Shown: positions 27,260 through 39,870 of the stretch, in pieces
Position numbering within the stretch: the stretch's first letter is position 1
Layout: every line of letters starts with the position of its first letter
NCBI GenBank assembly: GCA_951406725.2
Contig: OX597816.1
Coordinates: 81,902,001-81,966,000, forward strand
Source: Octopus vulgaris
Taxonomy: Eukaryota
Direction of reading: 5' to 3'
DNA length: 64,000 bases
Translations under genes and position numbers: made by a program
The notes under the pieces: generated by a model
The model's input: the letters and a program-made list of their open reading frames with translations, nothing else
Database searches by the model: none
Told to the model about the DNA's origin: nothing

Positions 27260-27558
27260 TGTATTCTATCGGTCTCTTAGGTCGAACCGCTATGTTACGG
27301 GGACGTAAACACACCAACATCGGTTGTCAAGCGATGTTGGGGGAAGAAAACACACACAAATATATACATATAGGCGATCTTATATATACACATATATACG
27401 ACGGGCTTCTTTTAGCTTCCGTCTACCAAATCCACTCACAAGGCTTTGGTCTGTCCGAGGCTATAGTAGAAGACACCTGCCCTATGTGCCATGAAGTGGA
27501 ACTGAAGCCGGAACTATGTGGTTGGTAAGCAAGCTACTTACGACACAGCCACTCCTAA
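27260..27558 (-). mobile_element. tRNA-derived SINE (family A), partial
   Basis: similar to 581-970. Confidence 0.8.
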
Positions 27559-28466
27559 CTGCATCAATTTTATTAAATTTGTCACTCTCAAAATACACCT
27601 TTATTACTCCCTTCATATGCGTGTTAATGTTTTACTTTCTTAGAAGTTGTGGTATTTCAATACGCCTAAATTTCCTTCTCTTTCTTTCTCTTTATTTCGA
27701 CCATACGCATGACAGAATGCGTAAGATCATAGTTTCCTCCCCTGCTCAGAGCAGATCATGTATGAATGAGTCAAAAACAAGAACATCAACTATCACGAAA
27801 ATCAAATTGTTTAGTCCTTCGGGCATATGGGTGTACTGAGTTTTGTTTAGAACATGATATATCAGAATATATCAGCCACACGCACTTGTGCGCGCGCGCA
27901 CACACGCACTTACACGCGCACAATAAAGAGGATGTAAGAAGATAAAATTAATTCAAAGAAATCAATGAAACAGTATACAATATAGGGGAATGACACCACC
28001 TATATCTGTCGAATGGCAACATAGGTCAGTGAAAACCTGAACCAGTCAGTGACTGACACTGATACACATTACAATGTGTTTTCATTAGATTTAACAACAC
28101 GCTAGTACTTTCAAATTTTATTAAATATCGCAGTGTAACGCTTTCCGAAAAAGTTTTGGGATGTATTAATTTCAGCAAAGAAAATCATGTCATTAAAGAA
28201 AATAACCAATATTTATTGTAACTATATCTGAGAAGCAAATATATTTGTCAAAACATTTCACACTTTTGTGACAGGAAAAAATGTTTAAATACAACAGTCT
28301 ACAGTACACTGGATATTTTTTTTAGCAAAATACATGGTGAGTAAAAATTTTGAAACAAATTATAATTACTTGTACCCTCAATAATGTTTTGTGTGCGTAT
28401 AAATATGTATGTACAGACATCCTCGTAGAACACAAACACAGACACACATGCAAACGTACATATACC

Positions 28467-28980
28467 TATTTCTTTACTACCCACAAGGGGCTAAACACAG
28501 AGAAGACAAACGGATTAAGTCGATTACATCAACCCCAGTGCGTAACTGCGTAATTTATCGACCCCCGAAAGGATAAAAGGCAAAGTCGACCTCGGCGGAA
28601 TTTGAACTCAGAACATTTCACAGACGAAATACTGCTAAGCATTTCGCCTGGCCTGCTAACGTTTCTGCCAGCTCGCCGCCTCAAACTCATGCTAACGTAC
28701 ATATACCGTCAACTTCAGGATTACAGAGGCGCACTTCATTTGTAGAATAACCAAGCTGGCAGAAACGTTAGCACGCCGGGCGAACTGCCTAGCGGTATTT
28801 CGTCTGTTGTTACGTTCTGTGTTCAAATTCCGCCGAGGTCGACTTTGCCTTTCATCCTTTCGGGGTCGATAAATTAAGTGCCAATTACATACTGGAGTCG
28901 ATCTAATCGACTTAATCCGTTTGTCTGTCCTTGTTTGTCTCCTCTATGTTTAGCCCCTTGTGGGCAATAAAGAAATAAGA
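28467..28980. mobile_element. Two family-B SINEs head-to-head (28467-28682 minus; about 28752-28980 plus)
   Basis: GCTGGCAGAAACGTTAGC..GTTCAAATTCCGCCGAGGTCGAC in both orientations; older copy at about 3900-4115. Confidence 0.82.
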
Positions 28981-29097
28981 ATAACACCTAACCTGAACCG
29001 TGGTAATGAGATAGACGCTCGGAAACTCATTGATTGCTTCCAAGATCATTAACCAGCAGTAGCCAACGTTAAGAAGAAGAAGAAAGTGTCTGATAAA

Positions 29098-29134
29098 TAG
29101 TCTGATGAAGAATCTGTTACGAAAGCGCTCACGA
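29098..29134 (+). ncRNA. Degenerate minimal hammerhead motif
   Basis: TAGT CTGATGA agaatctgttac GAAA GCGC TC ACGA; core intact, stems I and II eroded. Confidence 0.55.
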
Positions 29135-29317
29135 AGTAAACTAAAACATCCATCAACAAGCTCACTCCAGATTACATGCCATATGTAGCGTAACCTATCT
29201 ATCTATCTGTCTATCTATCTGTCTGTCTGTCTGTCTACTTTTACGACCCTAAACCTCCTACAGAAACTTAACCTTCTTGTATTTTACTATCTTTTGTTAC
29301 CCATTATATTATATATA

Positions 29318-29510
29318 CGAGGAGGTGCTAAAAAGTGCCTGGCTTTGGGTAAAAGAAAACATAGGAAGATCAGTTAATCATTTTATTCAACATATTCCCT
29401 TCTCAGGGTCCTTCAGTTTTTCTAAGCCATATAAAAGAAACTGGAAGGTTGGGCTTCCAGCCAAGCCTTTCACGACACCCTCAAAGTTAGAAACTTTTCA
29501 GCACCCTTCG
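29318..29510. mobile_element. Mariner-type MITE
   Basis: TA-CGAGGAGGTGCTAAAAAGT ... ACTTTTCAGCACCCTTCG inverted termini. Confidence 0.65.
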
Positions 29511-29549
29511 TCTGTGTGTGTGTATTGTGAGTAGTCCACACATTCGAAA

Positions 29550-30600
29550 AAGAAGCACATTCTAAGTCAGAGTAGTAATATACGTATTTAGAAGGTTGTT
29601 TGTTATGGCTGGTCAGAAAGTGACCATTGGTTTCTCACCTATAAAGCACTTAGCTACATAGGCAACTCGTCAGAATCAGTGGCCAGAGGCACATAGCCTC
29701 TCTATCTTTTTTGCACATGTATCTGTGTATGTTCTGGTCAAACTCTTTACCGGGTTCCTAGATATTGGTGGTGGAAGAACCGAAGTTGGAGAAGTGGTAG
29801 TTATTGTCAAAATGGTATGTTATTGATATGTAGGTATGATAAAATATATTTCTTTTCATATGGGCAAGTGCTAAAAATTTCACTTCTGCAGTTTATGTGG
29901 ATGACTGAGTGTTGAGAGTTATTTAATATGGCTCTTTTCTCTGTTAAGTATAATCTGCATTTATATATAGACTTAGATATTTAGATAAGATTTGGCCAGA
30001 ATTGGTCCAGGCCATGACTAACTTAACAACACCACCTGGAAAAGACATTTTATGTTTCATATAACTGTCATTCTTTGGCCAACTTAGTCCACTCAAGCAA
30101 TGAGTTATTGTTTGTAGAGATATATCTGGGTGTAGGTGGTTTTATATGGAATTTGTTGGAGAAATTCATCTAGGAACCGTTTGAATGTTATGAGATCCTT
30201 TTGCTTCTCTTATGTGTCTTGATATGATGTTAAAGAGAATATGATGTTAAAGTTGAGGTAAAATAGTCTTGTCCTAGTGTTGTGATGTGATGCATGATTG
30301 TTGTAGAGGATAGATGTGACATGGGAATGAAACCTTGAGTGAATTTTAAAGTTGGTGTTAACATCATTTGGGCAATGCTATTGGAATATTTTCCACATCA
30401 TATTAATCATATAGTGTTTAATATAGTACTTAGTATTTGTCAATTAAATTCATAGAAAACCAGAGCGAAACATTTGGTGACAGTGGGACTGTATACTATA
30501 CTCACCCTAATTGTTGTGTCTATATTAGAAATCATTTGCATTGACTATTATATTGATACAAATGTGTTTATTAGACATTGTTTTACCCAAGATAGAAGTG
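29550..30600 (-). mobile_element. Possible highly decayed retroelement (Penelope-like RT region)
   Basis: only fragmentary coding-like texture on the minus strand; no clean motif. Confidence 0.25.
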
Positions 30601-30957
30601 TATGAATGAAAGAACATGAATGTGGTGGTTCAACCTGCTTGCGATAGTAAATTTCCACCGAATCATACTCCCATCGTCTTAAAACCAGCCTTGCATGCAC
30701 AGGGGAAAATTTCAGATGATCATGACTGCTGATCTATTCAGTAATGGTTGACCTGGGGTTAAAAGACACTATAACAACTCTGTCTATCTGCGTGTGCCTC
30801 TGTCCCCCTCTCATTCTCCCCTACTCTCTCTACCTTTCTCCTTCCCTCTTCTCTCTCTGTGGTGAGTTAACTTGGAAATTCCAAGTGACAATGTAACCTT
30901 CATTTAATTAAGCTAGGTTACGTAACTTCCTGCTCCATCCCTCAGTTTTGATATATC

Positions 30958-31414
30958 TCTTATTATAAAAGGCAGATTTTATCTGCCTCCCTTTGGGAGT
31001 TATACAAATCTACAATATAGGATTTCTTCAATTACAATTTACCTGGCATTTTTGAGAGTACAATGCATCGCGTCATGCCAGGTCCAGTTTTTAAAATTTA
31101 AACTCCAATTAAGCAAAATTTACAGAAAACTCACATTCTGGTGTGTGTGTCAAATGCTTTTCTTAGTCTGGTTTACACCACACGCAAACGCACACACACA
31201 GTGGGCAACGAATAAAATGAAAGTAAATAGCGACAGAGTGATTTGAGGAAGACTAAAGTGAAAGTATTCTGTCTATGACGCTGATAGATATATGAGTAAA
31301 ATGTATGGGAAGCTAAGAGCTAAGAGTGAGTGAAAATGTTCTTGGAAGAGAGTAATTAGTAATAAAGTAAACATACACTCATACATACATACATACATAC
31401 ATACATACATACAT

Positions 31415-31449
<35 letters not shown>

Positions 31450-32774
31450 TACACACACACATACATACACACACACATACATACATACACACATACATAC
31501 ATACATACATATACATACATACATACATATACATACATACATACACACACACACATACACACACACACAGTATTGAAGCTTGAGAACAATCAGATACATT
31601 TGCAACACATCTGTTGAAAATATTATTGTTCACACACATACATATACATATATACATACAGACAGACAGACAGATAGACACACACACACACACACACACA
31701 TGATCCAGCATGGCCACAACCTCAAGGCTGAAACATATAAAAGAATAACAGAATATAAATGTGTGCAAAGTACAAGAAATATTAATGCAGTATATGGGGA
31801 TTGGACAATAAGCGTAAGGCAGTGTCAATGGTGGTTCCAGAAATCCCGAGCCATAAACTACAGCCTAGAAGACGAGCCTCATCCGGAAAGATCTGTAGAA
31901 CTCGACAAGGACATCCTGAAAACCCTGGTGGAACAAAATATCATCGTAACTGTTGAGGAACTAGCAGAGAAGCTTGGATTTGGTCATTCAACCATTCATT
32001 GACACCTGTGTGCTATCGGAAAAGTCAGCAAATTGGGTCAATGGGTTCCTCATGAACTTTCCGAGTCTAATTGCATGCAGAGAGTGAATGTATGCTTTTC
32101 TTTGCTGTCATATCTCACCACTACTGCGCTATGTATATCTATATATATAAAACTGTAGTTGTGTGAGTGTCTGTCCCCTTCGATTTAGATTCCTAACTAC
32201 TCCCACATTTTGCGGTACAGTTTAACCAAATTCGGGTAGCTTATAGTCGTGATTCATATCGAGCCCGTCTGAATATTAGCGCGCGTCTACGATGAGTCTA
32301 CGATTTTAAAAATAATTTAACATCATTTTTTATTCCATTTTAATGCATAATTTTTCGTGTGTCGATGGCGGCGGAGTTGGCGTCCACGCTCACACCTGCA
32401 CCTGTGGGGAAGGGAGTGTAAGGAAATCAACGTCGTAATGCGTTGTCAAGGAGACCAGTGTTCTTTTAGAACAACGACTTCATGGCTTGAAGACACCAAA
32501 ACAGAAATGGCTAAGAAAGCGTCTACATGAGTCTACGATTTAAAAAAAAATTTACCATCGTTTTTTTTCCATTTTAATGCATTTTTTCGCTATTATATAA
32601 GGGAAGTAACTCTCTAAAAATGTCTACGATGAGTCAACGATTTAAAAAAAAATTTACCATCATATTTTTTCCATTTTTAATGCATTTTTTGCTATTTTTT
32701 GGCTATAACTCTCTAAAAATGCTTATATAGTTATTTCCCTTACAAACCCGAGCAACGCCGGGCGATACTGCTAG
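30958..32774 (+). mobile_element. Composite non-autonomous Helitron, copy 1 (contains microsatellites, a mariner fragment and an inner Helitron from about 32138)
   Basis: 5' TC; 3' hairpin CCCGAGCAACGCCGGG followed by CTAG. Confidence 0.75.
31752..32110 (+). pseudogene. Mariner transposase N-terminal fragment (duplicated at about 33590-33945)
   Basis: INAVYG..ISVRQCQWWFQK..LEDEP..TVEELAEKLG..GKVSKLGQWVPHEL. Confidence 0.85.
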
Positions 32775-33489
32775 TCTTATTATAAAAGGCAGATTTTATC
32801 TCCCTCCCTTTGGGAGTTATACAAATCTACAATATAGGATTTCTTCAATTACAATTTACCTAGCATTCTTAAGAGTACAACGCATCGCGTCATGCCAGGT
32901 CCAGTTTTTAAAATTTAAACTCCAATTAAGCAAAATTTACAGAAAACTCACATTCTGGTGTGTGTGTCAAATGCTTTTCTTAGTCTGGTTTACACCACAC
33001 GCAAACGCACACACACAGTGGGCAACGAATAAAATGAAAGTAAATAGAGACAGAGTGATTTGAGGAAGACTAAAGTGAAAGTATTCTGTCTATGACGCTG
33101 ATAGATACATGAGTAAAATGTATGGGAAGCTAAGAGCTAAGAGTGAGTGAAAATGTTCTTGGTAGAGAGTAATTAGTAATAAAGTAAACATACACTCATA
33201 CATACATACATACATACATACATACATACATACATACATACATACATACATACATACATACACATACACACACACATACACACACACATACATACACACA
33301 CACATACATACATACACACATACATACATACATATACATACATACATACACACACACACATACACACACACACACACACACAGTATTGAAGCTTGAGAAC
33401 AATCAGATACATTTGCAACACATCTGTTGAAAATATTATTGTTCACACACATACATATACATATATACATACAGACAGACAGACAGATA

Positions 33490-33537
<48 letters not shown>

Positions 33538-34609
33538 ATCCAGCATGGCCACAACCTCAAGGCTGAAACATATAAAAGAATAACAGAATATAAATGTGTG
33601 CAAAGTACAAGAAATATTAATGCAGTATATGGGGATTGGACAATAAGCGTAAGGCAGTGTCAATGGTGGTTCCAGAAATCCTGAGCCATAAACTACAGCC
33701 TAGAAGACGAGCCTCATCCTGAAAGATCTGTAGAACTCGACAAGGACATCCTGAAAACCCTGGTGGAACAAAATATCATCGTAACTGTTGAGGAACTAGC
33801 AGAGAAGCTTGGATTTGGTCATTCAACCATTCATTGACACCTGTGTGCTATCGGAAAAGTCAGCAAATTGGGTCAATGGGTTCCTCACGAACTTTCCGAG
33901 TCTAATTGCATGCAGAGAGTGAATGTATGCTTTTCTTTGCTGTCATATCTCACCACTACTGCGCTATGTATATCTATATATATAAAACTGTAGTTGTGTG
34001 AGTGTCTGTCCCCTTCGATTTAGATTCCTAACTACTCCCACATTTTGCGGTACAGTTTAACCAAATTCGGGTAGCTTATAGTCGTGATTCATATCGAGCC
34101 CGTCTGAATATTAGCGCGCGTCTACGATGAGTCTACGATTTTAAAAATAATTTAACATCATTTTTTATTCCATTTTAATGCATAATTTTTCGTGTGTCGA
34201 TGGCGGCGGAGTTGGCGTCCACGCTCACACCTGCACCTGTGGGGAAGGGAGTGTAAGGAAATCAACGTCGTAATGCGTTGTCAAGGAGACCAGTGTTCTT
34301 TTAGAACAACGACTTCATGGCGTGAAGACACCAAAACAGAAATGGCTAAGAAAGCGTCTACATGAGTCTACGATTTAAAAAAAAATTTACCATCGTTTTT
34401 TTTCCATTTTAATGCATTTTTTCGCTATTATATAAGGGAAGTAACTCTCTAAAAATGTCTACGATGAGTCAACGATTTAAAAAAAAATTTACCATCATAT
34501 TTTTTCCATTTTTAATGCATTTTTTGCTATTTTTTGGCTATAACTCTCTAAAAATGCTTATATAGTTATTTCCCTTACAAACCCGAGCAACGCCGGGCGA
34601 TACTGCTAG
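32775..34609 (+). mobile_element. Composite non-autonomous Helitron, copy 2 (tandem)
   Basis: near-identical to copy 1; junction CTAG|TCTTATTATAAAAGG; ends CTAG|T. Confidence 0.75.
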
Positions 34610-34663
34610 TATATATATATAATAATAATAAATCTCTGAGCGAGATATAAACAGTAACTGCTC

Positions 34664-35151
34664 TATAACATAAGGGGGATCAGCCATCTGAATGTGGCTA
34701 GGGACAGGACGTGGTAGTGGGGGTGTTACTGATGCATTTAGCCCCAGGCGATCATCAACGTCACCAGGTGTCAGCCCTTCTGGTGACGTTGATGATCGCC
34801 TGGGGCTAAATGCATCAGTAACACCCCCACTACCCGCCCTGTCCCTAGCCACATTCAGATGGCTGATCCCCCTTATGTTATATATATATATATATATATA
34901 TAGCAATAATAATTCTCTAAAAGGGATATAGACAGTAACTGCTCGATAACATAAGGGACTAAAGCCATCTGAATATGGCTAGGGACAGGGCAGGGTGGTG
35001 GGGGTGTTACTGTTGCATTTAGCCCCAGGCGAACATCGACGTCCGAGCCTTTCTGGTGACGTCGATGTTCGCCTGGGGCTAAATGCAACAGTAACACCCC
35101 CACCACCCTGCCCTGTCCCTAGCCATATTCAGATGGCTTTAGTCCCTTATG

Positions 35152-35155
<4 letters not shown>
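34664..35155. repeat. Two tandem long hairpins (arms of about 104 bp and 98 bp)
   Basis: 34664-34767 with 34780-34882 near-perfect; 34946-35043 with 35058-35155 perfect. Confidence 0.92.
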
Positions 35156-35198
<43 letters not shown>

Positions 35199-35986
35199 TA
35201 AATGTGAAAATGAATTTTTGTATGTCAGTGTGTCACACTTAGACCCCTTCTCTCACTATTCAATGACACTCATGATGGGGTGAGAATAATAGTAGGCATA
35301 GAAACGGTGAGGGTGGTGGCGAAGACAGATAGAGAGGGAGAGAGAAAGAAAAAGAGAGACAAAGAAATTTAGGGAGAGTTGATGATGTTTTATTAAAAGT
35401 AGTAGTGTTGATGGTGGCAGTGGGAGTAATAATAAGAGAGTGAGAGTGGGTATGTGAGAGAAAGAGGGAGATGATGTACAACTTTAATACATATATATAT
35501 ATACACACACACATAAAATTCACTTTAATTGAAATAAAGTTTCCCCCAGATTAAACATATCTAATATGATAAATGTGAATGTCAATGTGTCACACTTTTT
35601 CAGCTTTAATAAATTCTTTCACTGGAAGTACAAAGCTTCAAATTTTAAAAACTTTGATCACTGTTTTTCTTCCATCTTGCATACTGGCAACCAACACCTT
35701 AACAACACAGTCTTTACAATTGGTGACAACTCCAATGTTCCATCCTATTGTTTATCTATTATTGTACAACTAAAAACATAACCATTACATACACACACAG
35801 ACATATATATAAGGCAGAGAATATTATAGTAGGGAAACACACGTGCTGGATATATACATAGAAAGAGAAAAAAAGAAAAAAACACAAAATTTGTTTTACA
35901 GGATTTAAAAGTATATTAGAGCCATGATAATGAAAATATACAATTTTGTACAAAATAAGGTTTTGTTCTTTCAACATAATTGAAGT

Positions 35987-36016
35987 AAGGACCGATTTCG
36001 CATTGCTCATCAAGCT
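35987..36016 (-). ncRNA. Degenerate hammerhead motif in the loop of an inverted repeat
   Basis: minus strand: AGC TTGATGA GC aat GC GAAA TCGG TC CTT. Confidence 0.45.
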
Positions 36017-36191
36017 GAGAGTTGAATAATATCTTCATTATCATGGCTCTAATATATTCTTAAATCCTGTAAAACAAATCTCTGTTTTTTCATCTTTTCT
36101 CTTTCTATATATGTGTGTGTGTGTTGAATAAAATGAGATGACAAAGCCTAGGCTGTATGGAATATTCAGGACATTTTTAGAGAGAAAGTTA

Positions 36192-36239
36192 GTCTTACAG
36201 CTGTTTCTGGGATATTATGGATATCCCTTCATCAGAGAC
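36192..36239 (-). ncRNA. Minimal type I hammerhead ribozyme motif (C3-G8)
   Basis: minus strand: GTCT CTGATGA A GGGATA tccataa TATCCC A GAAA CAGCTG TA AGAC. Confidence 0.8.
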
Positions 36240-36633
36240 AATGTGAGAGAGTTAAATAGAGGGACATAGTAGAATTCAATATAAGGAGTTATTTTGGAAA
36301 AGGATGGAAATAAGAGAATAAAAGTAAAAATAAAAATATATGTAGGATGTTATAGTTGCAGTTCCAGTATCTGAGGAAAGTGGTGTGTAGAAGTGGTAGA
36401 AATGCATCTTGTCCATCGTATATAAATTCCGATAGGAGTTCATATTTTGTCATTACAAATGGAAAATGTGGACACATAGGTTCCATGTGCTGTTCATTCA
36501 AATGGGTCTTGTGGCGTGAATGAAATTTTAAGAATGTAGTGGTAGTATTCAGTAGATAGAGAAAAGAGGATAGATATGCTGGAATGAGGAGAATGGATAT
36601 GTTAGAATGATCAAAAGGAATGGGTGAGGAGAT

Positions 36634-38644
36634 GAGGTGGGCAATGTTAATTGAAAAGTTAACTTCATCAATCGTTAATCCGTTAACCAAAAAGTTAATT
36701 TCGTTAATCCGTTAATTCTTAGAAAATGTAACGGAAGTTATCGTTAATATGTTAATGTTAACTTTTATTGAAAAATGTTTAATACCCCACTGACTTTGTT
36801 GCCTCATAATTTTAAAAAAAGAAAGATACTTTTTAACAAAATTTTCACCAAATAATCGCTTATATCCTGTAGATTGAAGAAATTTGTAGGCAAAATTTTT
36901 GGAAGGGAGGCTGAGGGGGGAGGAGAAGCTTCTGAAAAATGGAGTTTCAGATCAGATGGTTCACATAAATTGGAATTTCTCCGTTTTGATGGGTTTTTTT
37001 CCAATGTTTTTCACCAAAGTCTTCAGAATGATGGGAGGCATCTTTTCACAAAGAAATGAAAAGAATTTTGAAAATTTATTTTTTCCACTCCCGCCACCCC
37101 CTTACCACACCAGTCCGAAATTATTTTGACCATTTTTCTTTTTTCACTATGTACTTAAAACCTGTGAGAGACACATTTTCAATTAAAAAAAAAAAATTGT
37201 TAATAATCTCAGAGGAAAGTGTGTGATTTACAGGAGATCTGGCAGTTGCTTTTAGCACATCCCCAAATCTCCCACCTTGTTTCTTTCTCACTCACACATC
37301 TATTGATATTTTTCAATATTTTTCTCCCCATAAACAAATTTTATGGAATGGTGATGTCAAAGTAACACACGTGTAGTCCCAACCGAGTGAGGCCGTATTA
37401 TGTGTGTGTGTAAGAAAAAAACACCTAAAATCATTTAATGTTCATATTAATCTGTCAAATGTAATGCTCATTTATTCATGTTATTTTGAATTATTCAGGT
37501 TCAAGAGGGGTGTCTACAATATTTGCTTGTAACTTTGTAAATTTTCTACATAGAGATTTGAAATTTTGTCAGTGGGTGCTTTATATACCACTGATTTATA
37601 GTTATGTAATTTTAGCTGATTTTGCTGAATAAATTTTACTTTTATGGGCATGTAAATTTAATTAATAGGTGTAAAAACAATAGCATTATTGAAAAACAAC
37701 AAAATAGAAATTCTTAATGCATCTTACTTGTTTGATTTGTTACTAAAATGATCCCAAATGGCAACCAACAAAAATTTTGCCACTTTTCAAGATGAGGTAC
37801 ATTAGTTTGAATTAATTAAAATACTGGTATAATCTGTACAAGATTTAATTGTTTTGGTAAATATTTTGTATCTTGGTGTGGAATAATTTTTTCCATTGTT
37901 TTTTTTTCGGGTGCATTCAGTGTATCTGACCTTTAAATCTGCCGCAAGCCACTTTTTTCTGGCAAAGAAAGGTAGGAGGGATGGTGGGGACCTCAAAGTT
38001 TCCCACCGAGGGAGTTTTGTTTTGTGGGTCTTTTTTCATTTCTAGGTTATTTTGCATGCTTTCAATGAATGTGACATTGAAATCATGCATAAGCGGCTCC
38101 TTTTTCCAGAAAAGGAAAGATTTGGCTATTTTTAGCATGCCCTACTACCACATAACTATTTGTATTTGCACCGAAATGTTTACCAACTTTTTTGCTTCCA
38201 TTTATTTTTTCCACTTTATAGAAGTCAATATTTTCTTTGTTGACATCTGCCTCAGCAAGGTCACAGATCAAGTGAAAACACATCAATCACTGTTCCCTCT
38301 TGATAGGACAAAGAAATTTCCTGCTGTTTTTGCAAGCAACAAGCGGATGGATTTGGTTTCAAATCCAGGCAGGGCCAAATGAGGTCCTACAAGTTATTTA
38401 TGATAATAAATGACATTATATCTGGGTTAATAGAATGATGCGTACATTATTAAATATGCTAAGACAATCTGAAAACAATAGGAACTTTAAAACGTTTACC
38501 GATTTTTATGAAATTTTGGGGTTAACAGACTTGAGTTAATGGAGGCTAAATGTAATGGAAATTAATTAGTCAGATAAAAGTTAAATTGTTAACGAAAATG
38601 TTAACTTCGGTGATTAACGTATTAATGGACTTACACCCAGCTCT
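36634..38644. mobile_element. Possible old DNA transposon with GTTAA-rich subterminal repeats
   Basis: clusters of (C)GTTAA motifs at about 36645-36765 and 38520-38630; weak TIR GAGGTGGGC / CCCAGCTC. Confidence 0.35.
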
Positions 38645-38809
38645 TGCCGCCAACACTTTTTTCTGCAAAATAGGGGTAGCTTATCCTGTTCAAGCTATAT
38701 TATTAGCATCATTCTGCGTTTGAGAATTTAAAATCACTTCTTTAACTTTCTAAGATATCTCAATGCTTCTAAAGCAAACTTTGTTTGTCTACGTTCATCA
38801 TAATTTGAA

Positions 38810-38856
<47 letters not shown>

Positions 38857-38959
38857 AGCATCTGCTAATACTTTACATGTACCATGTCCTCACATTTTTT
38901 TGTGTTTGTTCTTCGGAGCGCTAACAGCTCCATCTGAGCGGGGTCACTGCCAGAGCAGC

Positions 38960-39870
38960 TGTCTGGCTTCTGTGTCGGTGTCACAGAATAGAGGAAGGCC
39001 TGTTTAGGACTTTGTTGAAGTGCTCAGCAGATCTTTTCAGGATTGCGTTTTTGTCAATGAGGAGAGCAGTCCTGTCAGCACTGAGCAGTGGTGATGTTCC
39101 AGAGGATTGCAGCCCGTAGATGGTTTTCAAGGCATTGTAGAAACGTTCAAAGTTGTTGCTGTTGGTATACTTCTGTATCTCATCTGTTTTGTTGCTGAAC
39201 CAGGAATCCCTCACCTCTTTGAGCTCTACCCGGACCTTGCTTTTGATAGCATTGTAGGCTGTTTTCTTGGAACTCAATGTGCTGTCTTAGTTGGGGACTC
39301 CGTAGGCTTCATGCTTCCCATTGAGCAGCTTTTGAATTTTTTTTATCATTTCCTTCAAACCAGTCTTGGCGTCTACACATGTCCTGGCCCAGATAACTGA
39401 GTGCAGTGTTGTACACCACATCTGTGAACACTACCCACTCCTCCTCTACTGACTTTGTACCAATGTTGAGTTGGCTCAGCTTGGTGCTCAGGTTTTCACT
39501 GAGGTTCTGTTTCACATTGTGTCGGTCCAGTTTGCTGATGTTTAATTGCTTGTTTGCCGGCTTTCTTTCTGGTCATAGCCTGGTATGGATGTGCCTGTGA
39601 AGTTTTGTGAGGATGAGTCTGTGATCTGTCCAGCATTCTGCACCACACATGGCCTTTGTCACCTTAACATCCAGCTTGTTGCGTCTCCTGACTGTGACAT
39701 AGCCTATCAGATGCCAATGCTTGCTGTGTGAATGCATCCAGAACATCTTTTTGTGGTTGGGCAGGTGAAACACTGTGTTGCTGATCAGCTGGTCATGTGC
39801 TGCACAGGTCTTCAGCAGTAGATGACCATTGCTGTTGCTCTTGCCAACTCCATTTCTCACAGTGACCTCA
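38960..39870 (-). mobile_element. RTE/BovB-like LINE fragment (endonuclease to linker)
   Basis: GVGKSNSNGHLLL..WMHSHSKHWHLIGY..CWTDHRL; QDWF; FYNALKTIYG..EHFNKVLN. Confidence 0.82.
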
